A DNA stretch of 58,898 nt, filler included, from Sphacelaria rigidula (lineage: Eukaryota), in NCBI GenBank assembly GCA_964200075.2. It is 4 parts of 4 records of this genome, joined end to end, with 100 filler letters (N's around TTAATTAATTAA, not from the genome) between each part and the next. Parts side by side here need not be neighbours in the genome. Positions count along the whole stretch, not along the records: positions 14,752 to 29,401 come from CAXNAA020002125.1; positions 29,502 to 44,150 come from CAXNAA020002126.1; positions 44,251 to 58,898 come from CAXNAA020002127.1; 1 more part is not named here. One strand, given 5' to 3'. Shown here piece after piece: positions 24,948 to 51,596 of the stretch (position 1 is its first letter; the number at the start of each line of letters is the position of its first letter). Both the position numbers and the translations under genes were made by a program. The notes below the pieces were generated by a model, which made no database searches, was not told where the DNA came from, and saw only the letters and a program-made list of their open reading frames with translations.

Positions 24948-25369
24948 AGATCCACGGTCATCATCCAGGTACCATTCTAGGCTGCAATTCGCTCAGCCTC
25001 CTGGACTTCGCCTGCTGTGGCACATCATTGCCTCCAACGGTTGTTGGCCGATCATGATCATCGCGTCCGACAGTTTTGTGCTAGGAGTGTACGTGGTTCT
25101 TTTCTGAGAATTGGTGTATTGTAGTTGTCGCGGATGCGAAGCGCAATTGACGATTACCGGAGTGCATGTTCGAGAACTTGGAGTTTCTTCACGCGTATGA
25201 TATACGGGTGTTTATTGGTACAGAGCAGTGCCGTGGTGGAGGGTAGTGTGCGATTTGAGGAGGAAAATCCTCTTGGATCTGGACCGGACGGTGAAGGAAA
25301 GAAATCTGCGGAAGAGTTGACGGCGCGGGAGAAGAAGATTCTCCTTGTGTGCAATATAATTGTAGAAAA

Positions 25370-25877
25370 GGCAGTGAAGTGCGCGACCAAATGACTTATA
25401 TGCTACAGTAATCTGTGCTCGGAGAGATCGTTGTAGTCGAAGGGCGGGGGCGGGGGCGGGGGCGGGCGGGCGTGTGTGTTTGATCGTGTGCGTTATTGGC
25501 CACTACTTGCAGCTTATGCTTGTATTTTGAAGGATGAGTAGTCGTGGAGCCATGAAAGGGAAGGCCGATGAACACGAGGTGACTTACATATGCCGTGATA
25601 CATGCTTGGATAAATCATGGTGGACGAGGGCGGGCGAGCTTGTGTTGTTGTCTGTGTGCGTTATTGGCTACTACGTGGAGCTTGTCTGTATTTGGAGGAT
25701 GAGAAATCCTGGAGCCATGGAGAAAAATGCCATAAAAACGAAGTGACTTATATATGCAGTGATCCATTCTCGGAGAAACCATTGTGGACGAGGGCGGGCG
25801 GGCGTGTGTGGTTGGTGATTGTGCGCGTTATTTGCCACTACTTGGCTTGCTTGTATTTCGGAGGATGACGAATCGTG
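25370..25877. repeat. Three diverged tandem copies of a ~165-190-bp unit
   Basis: TGACTTA..ATG...GAGGGCGGGCG...TGCGTTATTGGC.ACTAC...TGTATTT.GAGGATGA recurs at ~25392, ~25580 and ~25743. Confidence 0.75.
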
Positions 25878-28124
25878 AATCCACGATAAGAGCTGGGATT
25901 TTGTGTGGACAACATTGTTAAGAGTGTCTTGTACGGGCACCATTGTGGAAGTAACACGGTGCTGGAGGAAGGGGGGAAGGAGGGCGGGGATTTCTCGCAT
26001 CGACGGGTGGAAGCGTATGTGTGTGTGTGTAGAAGTATATGGGGAATACCAGGTTGTTTGATTTTTAGCAGGGGGTTCATGATGCGGAGTAGGAAATTGC
26101 TTTCCCTTGGGAGTGCGTTCATGAGTAGTATATGCCGGTTTCCCTCTGTTGCAATCGAATTGCGATGCCTCTACGGGCATTTTCGAGAAATTTGATATTC
26201 ATTGTGCCATGTAACCCGATTAGTAACCTACCACATCCGAGGACGAGATGACGCACGCTCCCGCCTCGAACGTGCTCACAGGTCCACATCAAGATCACGG
26301 GAGAGATGCTCTCCATTATCTCCGCTTCGAACAGCCCTAGTGGCCAAAACCTTCACTCACCCGTCACATATTTCGAGAGGAAATTTGCATCGTCCCCTCC
26401 TCGATTAGGCTACAGAAACAGTATTATTTTCTGTGAAATGTTCGATACAAAGTAAAACATAGCTAGCTCACCGCTTTTATTCCCTACGGGAAGGGGATCA
26501 CGCAGCTCATTGGTCATGCGCATCTGTCGGGTGCTACTTTAATCATGTTACTACAGAGGCAGCGTGGATTTTTTTTTCGGACACGTACCCCCCCCCCCCT
26601 CCCGTCCCCCCCCACCCCATCTCGGAAGGGATGCGTGGTCGATGGTCACAAGACTAGGGCAAGCAACTAATGAGTACGCCCCCTCCACCCCGAGGGCGTT
26701 TTTTTGAAAATTGTCATGACCTCCTTGATTTTTGATATTTTTCGTCAGCACTGTCGCAAGAACTTGAAAATAAACACCGTTTTGATTTTCCCTGTTATTT
26801 CGCGACATGAATTGATTAATGAACACTGACAAGAACAGAAGAGCCTGGTGGGCTTCGCGGGGTTTACATATGTGCTTCTGCCCCTTGATACATGTGTCGT
26901 ATGGAAATATGACACTGTAAGGAGCATGGATATACTATATATGATATTCATGTTTCTAATATTAGGAGCAGAAAAAACAACATATATGAAGGACATGTAT
27001 CATCTCACATGTTTCACCACATTTCCCTAGTTTCCTACGGCAGCACAGCACTGTATCCCGCGCTTTCTCTTGCAGCGCAAGAATAAGACGCAGCGGTACA
27101 TCGCCCATCAAGATTGGGTGTCATCTGATGCCTGTGGCATGTGTTGTGGCCACCGAAGGTCGCCCAGAATGGCTCTCTAGCGCGGGGTGTCGATCCCGAA
27201 CCAAAAAAGCCTTCAAGACCGCGGAAAACTTCAAACACGAACCCGAATCGTAAATTAATGAAGCCTGTCCCCTGCGGGGTATGTTTTCACCGTAAGTTTT
27301 GTTGCGTTCTCGTTGAGTTGGGAGCACGATGACAGCGGTAATGGAGCGAATGTCACGAGGAAATGAGAGCACAGCAGTTGAAAACACTTGAACATCGCCA
27401 AGGCCTTCGTCAGTAGCAAACACGAGTAGAATGAGATCCCTCACCACTTATGTTTGACGTGAAACCTCTAACACCGTCATATCTGCGTATTGTGGGTCCC
27501 AGTGACTCGAAGCGAAAAGTCGACTAAAGCGTGTTGAAGATGACTAGATACCGTGTAGATTGGTATTATTAGAGCAAGGTGTCACAATCACAGCAGCAGC
27601 AGGGCAAGTCGCTGATGGCCCGGTCTGTACTATTACGGTGGATAGATACCCACGGTGCGTGGGATTTTATTTTTCAACACCCTGCTGTCTGATGACGGCT
27701 GAAGCGGGTACAGTGACAGTTGAGCACGTGGGCTGCCACGGACCCTGCCAGCGTCATCATCAATCTTCACCCACTTATGGATGGACGCTCGAAGGGACCC
27801 AGTAAACAAGCATCATTCATGGTCCGCTGTACATGTGAGGGTCGGAGGCTGAACATTCGCGCTTCAAAAATCTTGACAGTTGAAGGTTGAGCTCCTGACG
27901 CGCGACCAGTGCGTAGTGCCACGGACCCTTTCCGGCGTACTTGGCGGTGGGGGCGACATCCCGGTGCAGACAGTCCCATCACTATCGGAACGGCCGTGCA
28001 AACAGACGGGCAGCCGGAATGACCGTTGCACTGATGTTCTAGCGCTATCAGCTTAGACTACGGCCGCACAGGCTTCGAACGTGAAAAATCCGGTGATTGC
28101 CCCACTTCCACTTCGGCCATGTGC

Positions 28125-29401
28125 TGTGGAATATTTCACCATCTCACCGCATAATATGTGTAGAAATATATTACTCCCTGGGCAAGAGCTTTCTACAGTC
28201 AGTATACAATGTAATAGAACGGACTGTGCACAGTATTGAAGTTGTTGCCTACTGCGACGTGCGCAATACTGGTAGTGGGAACTGCGTGCAGTATCACTTC
28301 AAGACAGTGAGTGTAGGAACATCCACGCTGTATGGATTGTTACAGCCGACTTGCGCGCCATAGCGGCTGTGTCACCTGTTAAAGTGATTCAGATACCCAG
28401 TAATGCTGGATCTACGTAGAACCGGGGATCGGGGTGACGTACGAGTACCGACAGTCAAGTGTGTACAAATGTGGTACAGTACGGCTGAGAGCAGCGGAGC
28501 AGCCCGCCACCCTTGTTCATTTTCTCACTCATCTACCCTCCATCTCATCAGCACTCTCCCAAGTTACAGTAGAACTTGGGTGCTCTTCAATGAAATATCT
28601 GAAACCATTATCCTGTGCCTGAGCCGAGAAATACACTAGTGACCAATCGATTGGGCAAGTACGGCTATGAACGATGGTAACGGTCCGTCCTCAGAAGAAA
28701 GATTAGACGGGCTGACGAGTCAAATTGAAGGTATGATGAGTCTGTTCAGTGGTCAGTTTAGCACACTGACAGAGACGGTTAGAGAAGTACAATATACACA
28801 AACTGTAATACAGGGTAGAGTAGATGTCATCGAAGATAGAGAGTCCGGAGGCGCGAGGTGGAGCGGCGTCGTCGAAAGCGAAGAAGACCAAGCGATCCCG
28901 ACGCCCGACGGAGCGAGGGATGACAAGATCAAGGGAGGGCCGGTCGGCAGCGAGTCCGCGGAACAGCAAACTCCGGTGGTGCGTGCTTCACCCCGCGTTT
29001 CACGTCACGTGTCGTTCTTGCTCCCCAATTCAGGGCTGAACGCAGATGTGGCACAACAGACCCCCGCTATTGGCGGGGGGGGGCGCGGGATTTTACGCAG
29101 CCCTGTCCAGCACCTCATTGATCCCGAGGGATAAGCGCCGCCCACATCGCCGCCGACAGTCACGTCGCCGCCGACAGCACCACCGCCGCCGACAGCTACA
29201 TCGCCGCCGACAGCTACATCGCCGCCGACAACGCCGATAGCAACAACGCCACCGACAACGCCGACAGCAACAACGCCGCCGACAACCGTAGACACCCCCG
29301 AGCGCAACGACGGGGGGGGCGGTGGAGCTCCCGAAATCCCAACGACGGAGCTACGCCGTCTTGCACTCGACGATGAGTTGTCTCTGCCCACGCAAATGGC
29401 A
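28125..29401 (+). mobile_element. 5' end of a probable LTR retrotransposon (LTR-like segment plus gag-like start), truncated by contig end
   Basis: LTR-like segment ending AATACA (28635), followed by CTAGTGACC (decayed TGGTGACC-like PBS?) and an ATG ORF with a coiled-coil-like start. The left boundary is a guess. Confidence 0.35.
28667..29401 (+). pseudogene. gag-like N-terminal ORF with one in-frame TAA at 29132-29134
   Basis: ORF 28667..29134 continues in frame past the stop into 18-bp repeats encoding (T/A)TSPPT up to the contig end. Confidence 0.4.
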
Positions 29402-29501
29402 NNNNNNNNNNNNNNNNNNNNNNNNNNNNNNNNNNNNNNNNNNNNTTAATTAATTAANNNNNNNNNNNNNNNNNNNNNNNNNNNNNNNNNNNNNNNNNNN
29501 N
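29402..29501. other. Artificial contig linker
   Basis: 44 N + TTAATTAATTAA + 44 N. Confidence 0.98.
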
Positions 29502-29517
29502 GGGGGGGGGGTGGGGT

Positions 29518-29570
<53 letters not shown>

Positions 29571-29706
29571 GGTCGTCCACAGCGGGGGAAAAAATAAAGA
29601 AAAAACGTATTCGACTTTGAACGTTATTTTCTTGCAGAATTTAAATATTAAAAAGTTTAAAGAAAAATGCAAAATCGGAAAATAACTACAGAAAAAAAAT
29701 TCTCAC

Positions 29707-43662
<13,956 letters not shown>

Positions 43663-44150
43663 CTGCCACGTATATGACCATGCCACAGTTCATCCCGTTA
43701 TTGGGATCGGGCGGGGAAGGGGTTGGGCATCAGCACAGGGGGGGTCATTTTTTTGGTTTGGTTGGACTCCTTGTTCTGACCTTCAACGATGCGAGACTCA
43801 CGTCTACGTATGAACCACATAGACTTACTGCGGTAGCCATGCTCTTGCTTCTTGCCCCCCCCATACACCCCCCCCACGTGACTGCGAGCCTGATCCGGTG
43901 AAACCCGGCGCGCTGCACCCCGGCTTTGTAGGGATGCGAGGTCAACGGTCTAGTGACTACGGCATGCAAGTTCTTGAGAGCACTTCGCCCCCCCCCCCTC
44001 CCCTGCCTTTGGTGTCTCGAAAGGGATGCGTGGTCAAAAGTCAAGCGGCTATGACCAGAAACAAATGAGGACGCCCCCCCCCCCCCCCCCCCCTTTTTCC
44101 AAACCTCGGGGCAAGAGACCGAAAAACATATGGGCACACTTCAAAACATA

Positions 44151-44250
44151 NNNNNNNNNNNNNNNNNNNNNNNNNNNNNNNNNNNNNNNNNNNNTTAATT
44201 AATTAANNNNNNNNNNNNNNNNNNNNNNNNNNNNNNNNNNNNNNNNNNNN
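44151..44250. other. Artificial contig linker
   Basis: 44 N + TTAATTAATTAA + 44 N. Confidence 0.98.
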
Positions 44251-45139
44251 GAAAGCACTGTTTTAGGCTTGAACCTCATCTCGGAGTTAAACCTCAATAC
44301 GCACAATTTGTTGTTGTAGGAGTCCCTTGGGGATAGTCCTCTTGTTCAGATCGTCTCGCAGAGGCTACACTTCGTAATGTTTGTTTCGAACTTTGTTGCG
44401 GGTCTGATATCGGTTGCTGTGCTGTATATGAGTTCGTTCATCTCTGTGTGAAATTGATGAAAACTAATGTGTCACATTTCACATCAACCAGCGGCTCCCG
44501 CCACAACGTCACACACCAAACAGCCCAATCGACAGCTGTACAGTGTACAGCGCACGGTGCACAGCGCACCGATAGTACAGCAGTGAGCACTACACTACTA
44601 TGTGACCGAGGTGGGACATCCCGCTACCCCAACAGCGCGACACGACGGAGACCGCTGAGGAGCAGAGGGCGAGAGAAAAAGCGCAGAGTTTTAGTTTTGA
44701 TCATGTATTTTTACTTTTCTACTATTATTTTTATCATGGCCTTCGAAACCAATGAACGGAGAAAAAACGGGCAATCCTATCTTCCAAGTAATCGTGAAAT
44801 CTTCAAATGTTCAATGTGCCGTCTTGTTTTCTTGCTGGAAGGTACGTTCCATGGGCGGTGCCGCCAGCAACCCGCCAGTAAACGCCTCAAAAAAGACGCG
44901 AACAGCGCGCATAAGTCGCGCATATTTCACCAAAATACGTATGAATCGGCGCATAGTGTTCAGTTTCGAACATGAAAAAAATGGAAAACGCGCACAAAAA
45001 CAAAATGCGCATAATAAAGAGCAAAATCCATAGAATACACCTATTTGTTTCAAAGACATTCCGTCTGGCGCCGGCGGGTGTACAATATATACGTTTTTTA
45101 TTGCAAGTGGTCTTCATTCGTGTGCGGGTATGACGTTTC

Positions 45140-46942
45140 CAAGAGTAGGTCGAGTAGAATAGGTACTTTTGAGTACTCGAGTAAAGTACTCAAGTGTTTA
45201 CTCTACTCGACGTTTGAGTAGGTCGAGTACGACCTCAAATACTCTACTCAAACATTGAGTAGGCGCTCTCAGTAATACTCGAGTGTAGAGTATCACTTGA
45301 GTATAACCCCAATACTCTATTCAAGTTTTGAGTAGGTCGAGTACGGACTCAAATACTCTACTCAAATTTTGAGTAGGTCGAGTATGGTGTCAAATACTGT
45401 ACTCAAATGTTGAGTATAAGCCGAGTATGGTCTCAAATACTCTACTCGAATATTGAGTATGTACTCCCAGTAATACTCGAGTATAGAGTATCACTTAAAT
45501 ATGACCTCAATACTCTACTCAAATTTCGAGTAGGTCGAGAACGGCCTCAAATACTCTACTCAAATTTTGAGTGGGTTGAGTATGGTCTCAAATACTTCAC
45601 TCAAATGTTGAGTAGGTCGAGTAAGACCTCAAACACTCTACTCAAATATTGAGTAAGCACTCTCAGAAATACTGGAATATAGAGTACCCCTTGGGTATGG
45701 TGAGTACCCCTGACAGTCGGCGACTTCGTGACGTCACTTCACAGACTATGTTAAATGCATGGGCGAACGATGGCCATCACTCAGATGGGCGGCATTACAT
45801 TACAGCCAACAAGGAGTACGAGCGAATGATGGCCATAAAAAATTCAAGAAGCGTGCGGGTGAACGAACCTACTTGCCCCAGCGCCCCATCCTACCACCCC
45901 CCCCCCACGGCAGTTCATACTCGATACCTCTGAACGCCTTCGATATCACTTTCAGCACAGAGCGCTACTCATCATCATCGAGTAATCGAGTAATCGAGTT
46001 ATCGAGTAGGTTTTACCAAACTGAGCGACTCTACTTGCCACGGTTTGACAAGACAGTTTGATCTTGAATCAATACTCATCATGGGTGGGCAACTCTAGGA
46101 ATACCTCGGTATTCCCTCCACTCGAGTTTGAGTATCTTGCGTACGAACTTGAATATTGAAGTTGAAGTTATAGGTTTTCGGTGCATCGAATCCGGCCTTA
46201 GATACTCCACTCAAATCTTGAGTAGGTCGAGTACGCGGCCTCCAATACTCTACTCAATTTTTGAGTAGGCCGAGTACGATCTCAAATATTCTACTCGACG
46301 TTTGAGTAGGTCGAGTACGACCTCAAATACTCTACTCAAATTTTGAGTAGGTCGAGTACGGCCTCAAATACTGTACCCAAGTTTTGAGTAGGCCGAGTAC
46401 GGTTGAGTACGGGCTCAAATACTCTACTCAAAGTTTGAGTAGGTCGAGTACGGTGTCAAATACTGTACTCAAATGTTGAGTATAGGTCGAGTATGGTCTC
46501 AAATACCCTGCTCAAATATTGAGTAAGTACTCCCAGTAATACTCGAGTTTAGAGTATCACTTAAGTATGACCTCAATACTCTACTCAAATTTCGAGTAGG
46601 TCGACTACGGCCTCAAATACTTTACTGAAATGTTGAATAGGTCGGGTATGGTGTCAAATACTTCACTCAAATGTTGAGTAGGTCGAGTACGGCCTCAAAT
46701 ACTTTACTCAAATATTGAGTAAGCACTCTCAGTGATACTCGAGTATAGAGTATATCACTTGAGTATGACCTGAATACTCTACTCAAATTTCGAATAGGTC
46801 GAGTACTGCCTCAAATACTCATCTACTCAATTATTGAGTAGGTTGAGTACGGCTTTCAATACTCTACTCAAATTTTGAGTACTAAGAGTATGACTCTTCA
46901 AAAATACTGAGTATTGAGTGTACTCTACTCGGCCTACCCTTG
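45140..46942. mobile_element. hAT-type non-autonomous element, 1803 bp (ACTC subfamily)
   Basis: Perfect 8-bp TSD GACGTTTC (45132-45139 and 46943-46950); TIRs CAAGAGTAGGTCGAGTAG / CTACTCGGCCTACCCTTG; ~35-bp arrays flank a non-coding core. Confidence 0.9.
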
Positions 46943-47276
46943 GACGTTTCCTCCCCGTCCCCTCTCGTTTTTTGCTGTGTACAAAATGTAGCGTTCAGTA
47001 TGAAAGCGGTGTTTGCATAGGCGTTTACGGATTCTGACAGTGTGGGACGTACGTACAGAAAAACGGTACGGTGTCTGTCCTTGTTTTTCAGCTGCAGTGC
47101 CGCTGCCAGTAAACACGTTGGCCACCGCAGCTAGGTTGCCGCACACACGAGTACAGATACCATCACCAGCAGCAAGTACATTCATCTAGCAGCGGCCGAC
47201 TGGTATAAGCAGCACAAGTAGGGAGAAGTAGGCACGAACTAGCGCGCTTCGCAGAGGATCGATCGACTTTTACAGC

Positions 47277-48512
47277 ATGTCCGGCATTGGCGGGGGCGCG
47301 GCTCGAGCAGGCGGAGATGAAAATCTTGCACCACACGGAGACGGCATGGCTGGGGTGGGGGCCGGTGGATCTCCCATAGCCGGCGGCGGGAGCCAAGCAC
47401 ACCAAGGTGGCGAGGGGGTGACAGGGCATAACAACCCACACGCGGCAGCAGCAGCGGCAGTCGACCAACCTCAGGGCGTCGTGCAAGCACCCGTCATGTC
47501 GCAGCAGGTGTTCCAGCAGCACATGCTGGCGGCATTGGCTCAGTTGACCAATCGCCTGTAGACGGTCGAGAATAACCAGCAGCCGCAGCCGCTACAACTG
47601 CCACACGCACCCCCACAGCAACCACCGCTGCAGATCGGGAACGGTTGCCAACAACCACCACAACCGCAGGTTTCAGCAGCTGGCGCGCAAGCGTCGGCAC
47701 AACGGACCGCAGCTGAACAGGCGGGTATAAAGGCAAATGCCAAACGTGCCGTCGACTCGTGGCGGGCCACCACTGGGCCTATGTTTTTTTTCCTGAGGGG
47801 GGGCTTTGATGTGTGTGAAGATCTCACTTTCCACCTACAACAGCTCACGCTCAAGAAGGTGGCTCACGTTACGCACGCATCCGCTAACCAGCTTCAAACC
47901 CTGGCCAATTTCAAGACAATGGACTTAAAAAAAACGGTGCCACCAGGCTCGACCCCCCTGGATATGCCGGCTGATGTGCATTTTCACACGTTTGTCGCGT
48001 CCCTGTTCACGGTTTTGCTTACCCCCAAGGAGCACACTCCCGAGTTATGCAAGACACGCACGCGCGCCCTTCAGTCGGAGTTCGAATCAGTAGCTAACCA
48101 CACACGTGGCCACTGGAGGCTCCAGGACCTTGCAGGCACCTTGCGCAACCTGGCCCGGCAAGGTAGGTTATCCACCTTTGGCAAGGTGGAGGTTGCGCAA
48201 GGTACGTTGCACAAGGTCCTGGGAGGTTGTGGAAGGTCCCGTAAGGGACGTTGCGCAAGGTCCTGCAAGATACGTTGCACAAGGTTCTGCAAAGTGCGTT
48301 GCACAAGGTCCTGTATGGTACCTTGCACAAGGTTCTGTAAGGTATTTTACACCAGATGGCGCGAGGTACCTTACACCAAGGTCCAGCATTTGGACAGGTG
48401 TCAACGTCTCCAACACGTTGGAGTCAGCAACATGAAGCTTTCCTTGCAGCTGATCATGTCGTGTATGCTTCCTCTCTTTGCATCACATTACTCCACTGCT
48501 TTAAGGACATGA
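47277..48512 (+). pseudogene. Disrupted intronless ORF, probably ORF1/gag-like of a transposable element
   Basis: ORFs 47277..47561 and 47781..48512 share a frame with a single TAG at 47559. G/Q/P-rich N-terminus, short coiled coil LAALAQLTNRL*TVE, and 24-bp tandem repeats at ~48190-48390. Confidence 0.45.
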
Positions 48513-49385
48513 CGCGAACAATATATACCCCCCTCCCCCCGAAAAAATATAAAAGGGACATACGCCTGCCTCAGGATGCTCCTGTGCTGGTGAGCAAGGT
48601 TCTGTACTCGGTCATGAGTATAAGTACCAACAAGTCGCGAACTGTTTTCAAGATCATCCCGTAGATCCATTCAAGCTGTTGACAGGATACGTGTTCTATT
48701 CATGCAGGCGTCTATCGTGGTCATCCACGACGTCAGGTCCCCCCTCCCCCCCATCTGTACGTACAGCAGCATAAAAAACGGAGAGCTTCCACAGTATATA
48801 TATACCGAACACCATGCAGTATATACCCACTCAACCCCTTCAGAGGCATCGTACATGACGCCTTTGACATATTTATGCAGTATATGGCCATCAACCAAAG
48901 CCCTTCTCCCCACCCCATCTTCACCTTCAATGGGAAAAAAAAAAATTACGCCCACACTATACCGTAGACCGTCTCGAACGCCCATTCAAGCCATGGTCAA
49001 GCAATGCATATGACGTCCTTGACACATACATATAGTAACTATCGTGGCAAACAACTTGAAGTTCTCCAGCCCTCACCCCACCTTGCCTTTCGACAAAAAA
49101 CAAACAACAACGAACGCCCCTACTATATTCGCGGATTCATAGTAACACCACGCGCCAGGCTGGGTCCGCTCCGTGTCCCCCATCCGAAAAGGATTAAGCG
49201 CCAGTAGTCACAGGGGAAATGTGGGTGGGCGCAGTGCAAGGGGGGGAAGGACCGAGGAGAAGAGCCGTAGCTCGACGTCAGGTACATCATCTACAAAACA
49301 TGCTATGAATACGACACAGTTACACTATCGACACCGCACCTCGTAAACGTGGCCACTCGAAACGGAGTCTTTGAGAAGTGAAGAG

Positions 49386-49655
49386 TGTTGGTTGGCTCGG
49401 TTGCCCGTGAAGAGTTGTGGAGATAGTTTATTAAAGCAGGTCAGCCAGTCTGACTGCGGTGATGGAATGGAGTGAGATGATGTGCAAACCACATATCTCA
49501 AGTCACCAAGTCAAGACTTCACGTATGTAACGTAACGCCTAAATGCGGTGTAACACCCTACACGTGTACCCAACCAGATCACCACACGTCACGCCAATCA
49601 CTCCTACGTAGATCCTTGTCGTAGACCTCCTCAAAGATACACAATTACATGAACA
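49386..49655 (-). repeat. LTR-A1 (3' LTR)
   Basis: TGTTGG...AACA with AATAAA on the minus strand, adjacent to the PPT. Confidence 0.92.
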
Positions 49656-51596
49656 TCCCCCCTAATCTGTAATCTTTGGACTCGATATATCATGAGCAAA
49701 TAATGGAGTTCGCCCATGCAAAAAGGAATCTTCTCCTTCTCTTACTCACGCGCATAAAATCGGAACAATTAAACGCAAACACAAATCAGTCGCATACTCC
49801 TACTCAACACACAATCTCGACCCGGTTGGGGAGATAATTAATGCAAACATACCATCTCAACCCGACGTAGCCCGGCTGGGGAGATAAAAAACACACAGCT
49901 CGAACATTCTGAAGGCACGTACCGAGGCGACCCTCGAGGCATCAGAGGTGAGCGTCCGCTTATTCAAAAACTCAGCGGAAGAATCGGGAGAAGAGGTCCG
50001 CTCCTGCTCCCGATCCGAAAACAATCGTGAAACATCCTGCACTCTCACAGTCACTCTCAAGATTCAATCTCTCATCCACCAAAAACATATGTTATGCTAT
50101 TTCCACGTACAGATGGTCCCTCGAACTTTCATTCCAACCCGTAGTAATTTACAAACAGTACGCATCTGTACTACTTTCACGCGACATCAGACGGTAGCAG
50201 AAAACTCGAAACAGAACAAAAAGATACAGTTCTACTGCACCCCGCATCATGTCATACTGTTCACTATATCCTATTGTACTGCAAGCGATGCTAATTTGCC
50301 TCTTGTCATGCATACTTTTACCAAAGTCAACATCGCTACTGTATACCCAATCTACTTCGCTACTGCCTACACATTCTATCATCCCCCCCCCTTTTTCGTT
50401 CCTCAAAAACAAGGAAAAGGATTTGTGTAGCCCCGGTCTCTCGCGCAGTATGCAAACAACTTTCACCATCGAGATCATCCGCTCAAAAACTATAATCCCA
50501 GCATTTCACTGGCCCATGGTTGTTACAGAATAATAAGTCACCCTTACTGTACGTTTGGCAATTTGTCCGGCCTTTACCCAACTCCATGATTTGAATGCAG
50601 CGCATGTCGTTTCATTTCTCCACCTGAGGTGCACTCCTACAGCAATTTCCCGGAATCGTGTACTGTTATCATCTTTCGCAGCGCTACATATAATGGTCTT
50701 TCAGGCCTCCACGCTACGGCCCTTCATCGTGTTCACGTTACTGACCCAATATTATTTTCGCTTCAGCGGTCTACTTCATTCATCATGTCCTGCACTTCAC
50801 GTTCATTACTACAACAGTCAATCGAAAAGAATCAATCACCGTACCCCTTCACGTTCGTTTTCAGCAGTCATAATTTCAAATTACCGGTGTTGCGATAAAT
50901 TTTCAGTCCATGTTCACCGATCACCGTACTCTCTTCGCGTTTCGTTCCTACAGTTTATCAACTATAGTTAGCCGAACCAGAACCAATTTTGTTACGCTTC
51001 AACAGTGCACAACTCGATTGCTTGCACGGTTGTTTTGAAGAAAATCTGTGTTCCAGCACTCTCGACCTTTCCTCAGTCACAGTTTCAAGGTACTTTACCG
51101 GTATATTCACCAAAACAAAATAACCTCATTACTTCACTCCCTCGGCAGTGTTTCCGGCCATCACTTGACATCATGATTGACGCATATCGTTTTTCACTGT
51201 TCATGATGCAACCTCCTACAGTCATTTTTCGGAACCATTCCTGTGCACATGTTTTTCGCTGCAAAGCTCTCGTTGTGATCGGCCTACCTACGCTGTAACA
51301 TTTTACGTATCCACGTTGCTGACCCATGTTTCCACTACAGTATTCCGCACACCTGTGAAAAACTTCAGTCAACGTTCAACGATCCCTGTACTCTTGCGTG
51401 CCTCAGTCAAACAACTTTAGTGGATTTTAACACACTCTTGCGCGTCCAACTCACAGTCTATAATTTTTCCGACTGCAACTTGCATGCATACAGGCAAGCA
51501 GTCAACACTCCGATGCGTTCAACAATCATTCACAGTCAGTATCACATTTTCCGGTCTATCTACCAAAAATTTCATGCAGGGTCACGATATAAATAC

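Noticed and set aside
29502-29570. Poly-G tract and poly-Pro ORF; also the purine-rich stretch with an 11-N gap at ~31420-31745
   Set aside because: Low-complexity sequence at a contig edge or internal gap, probably of low quality.
45140-46942. CRISPR-like array of ~35-bp dyad repeats (also 8650-9110 and 9830-10260)
   Set aside because: The units abut with no unique spacers, there are no cas genes, and the context is eukaryotic. The arrays sit inside TIRs with an 8-bp TSD.
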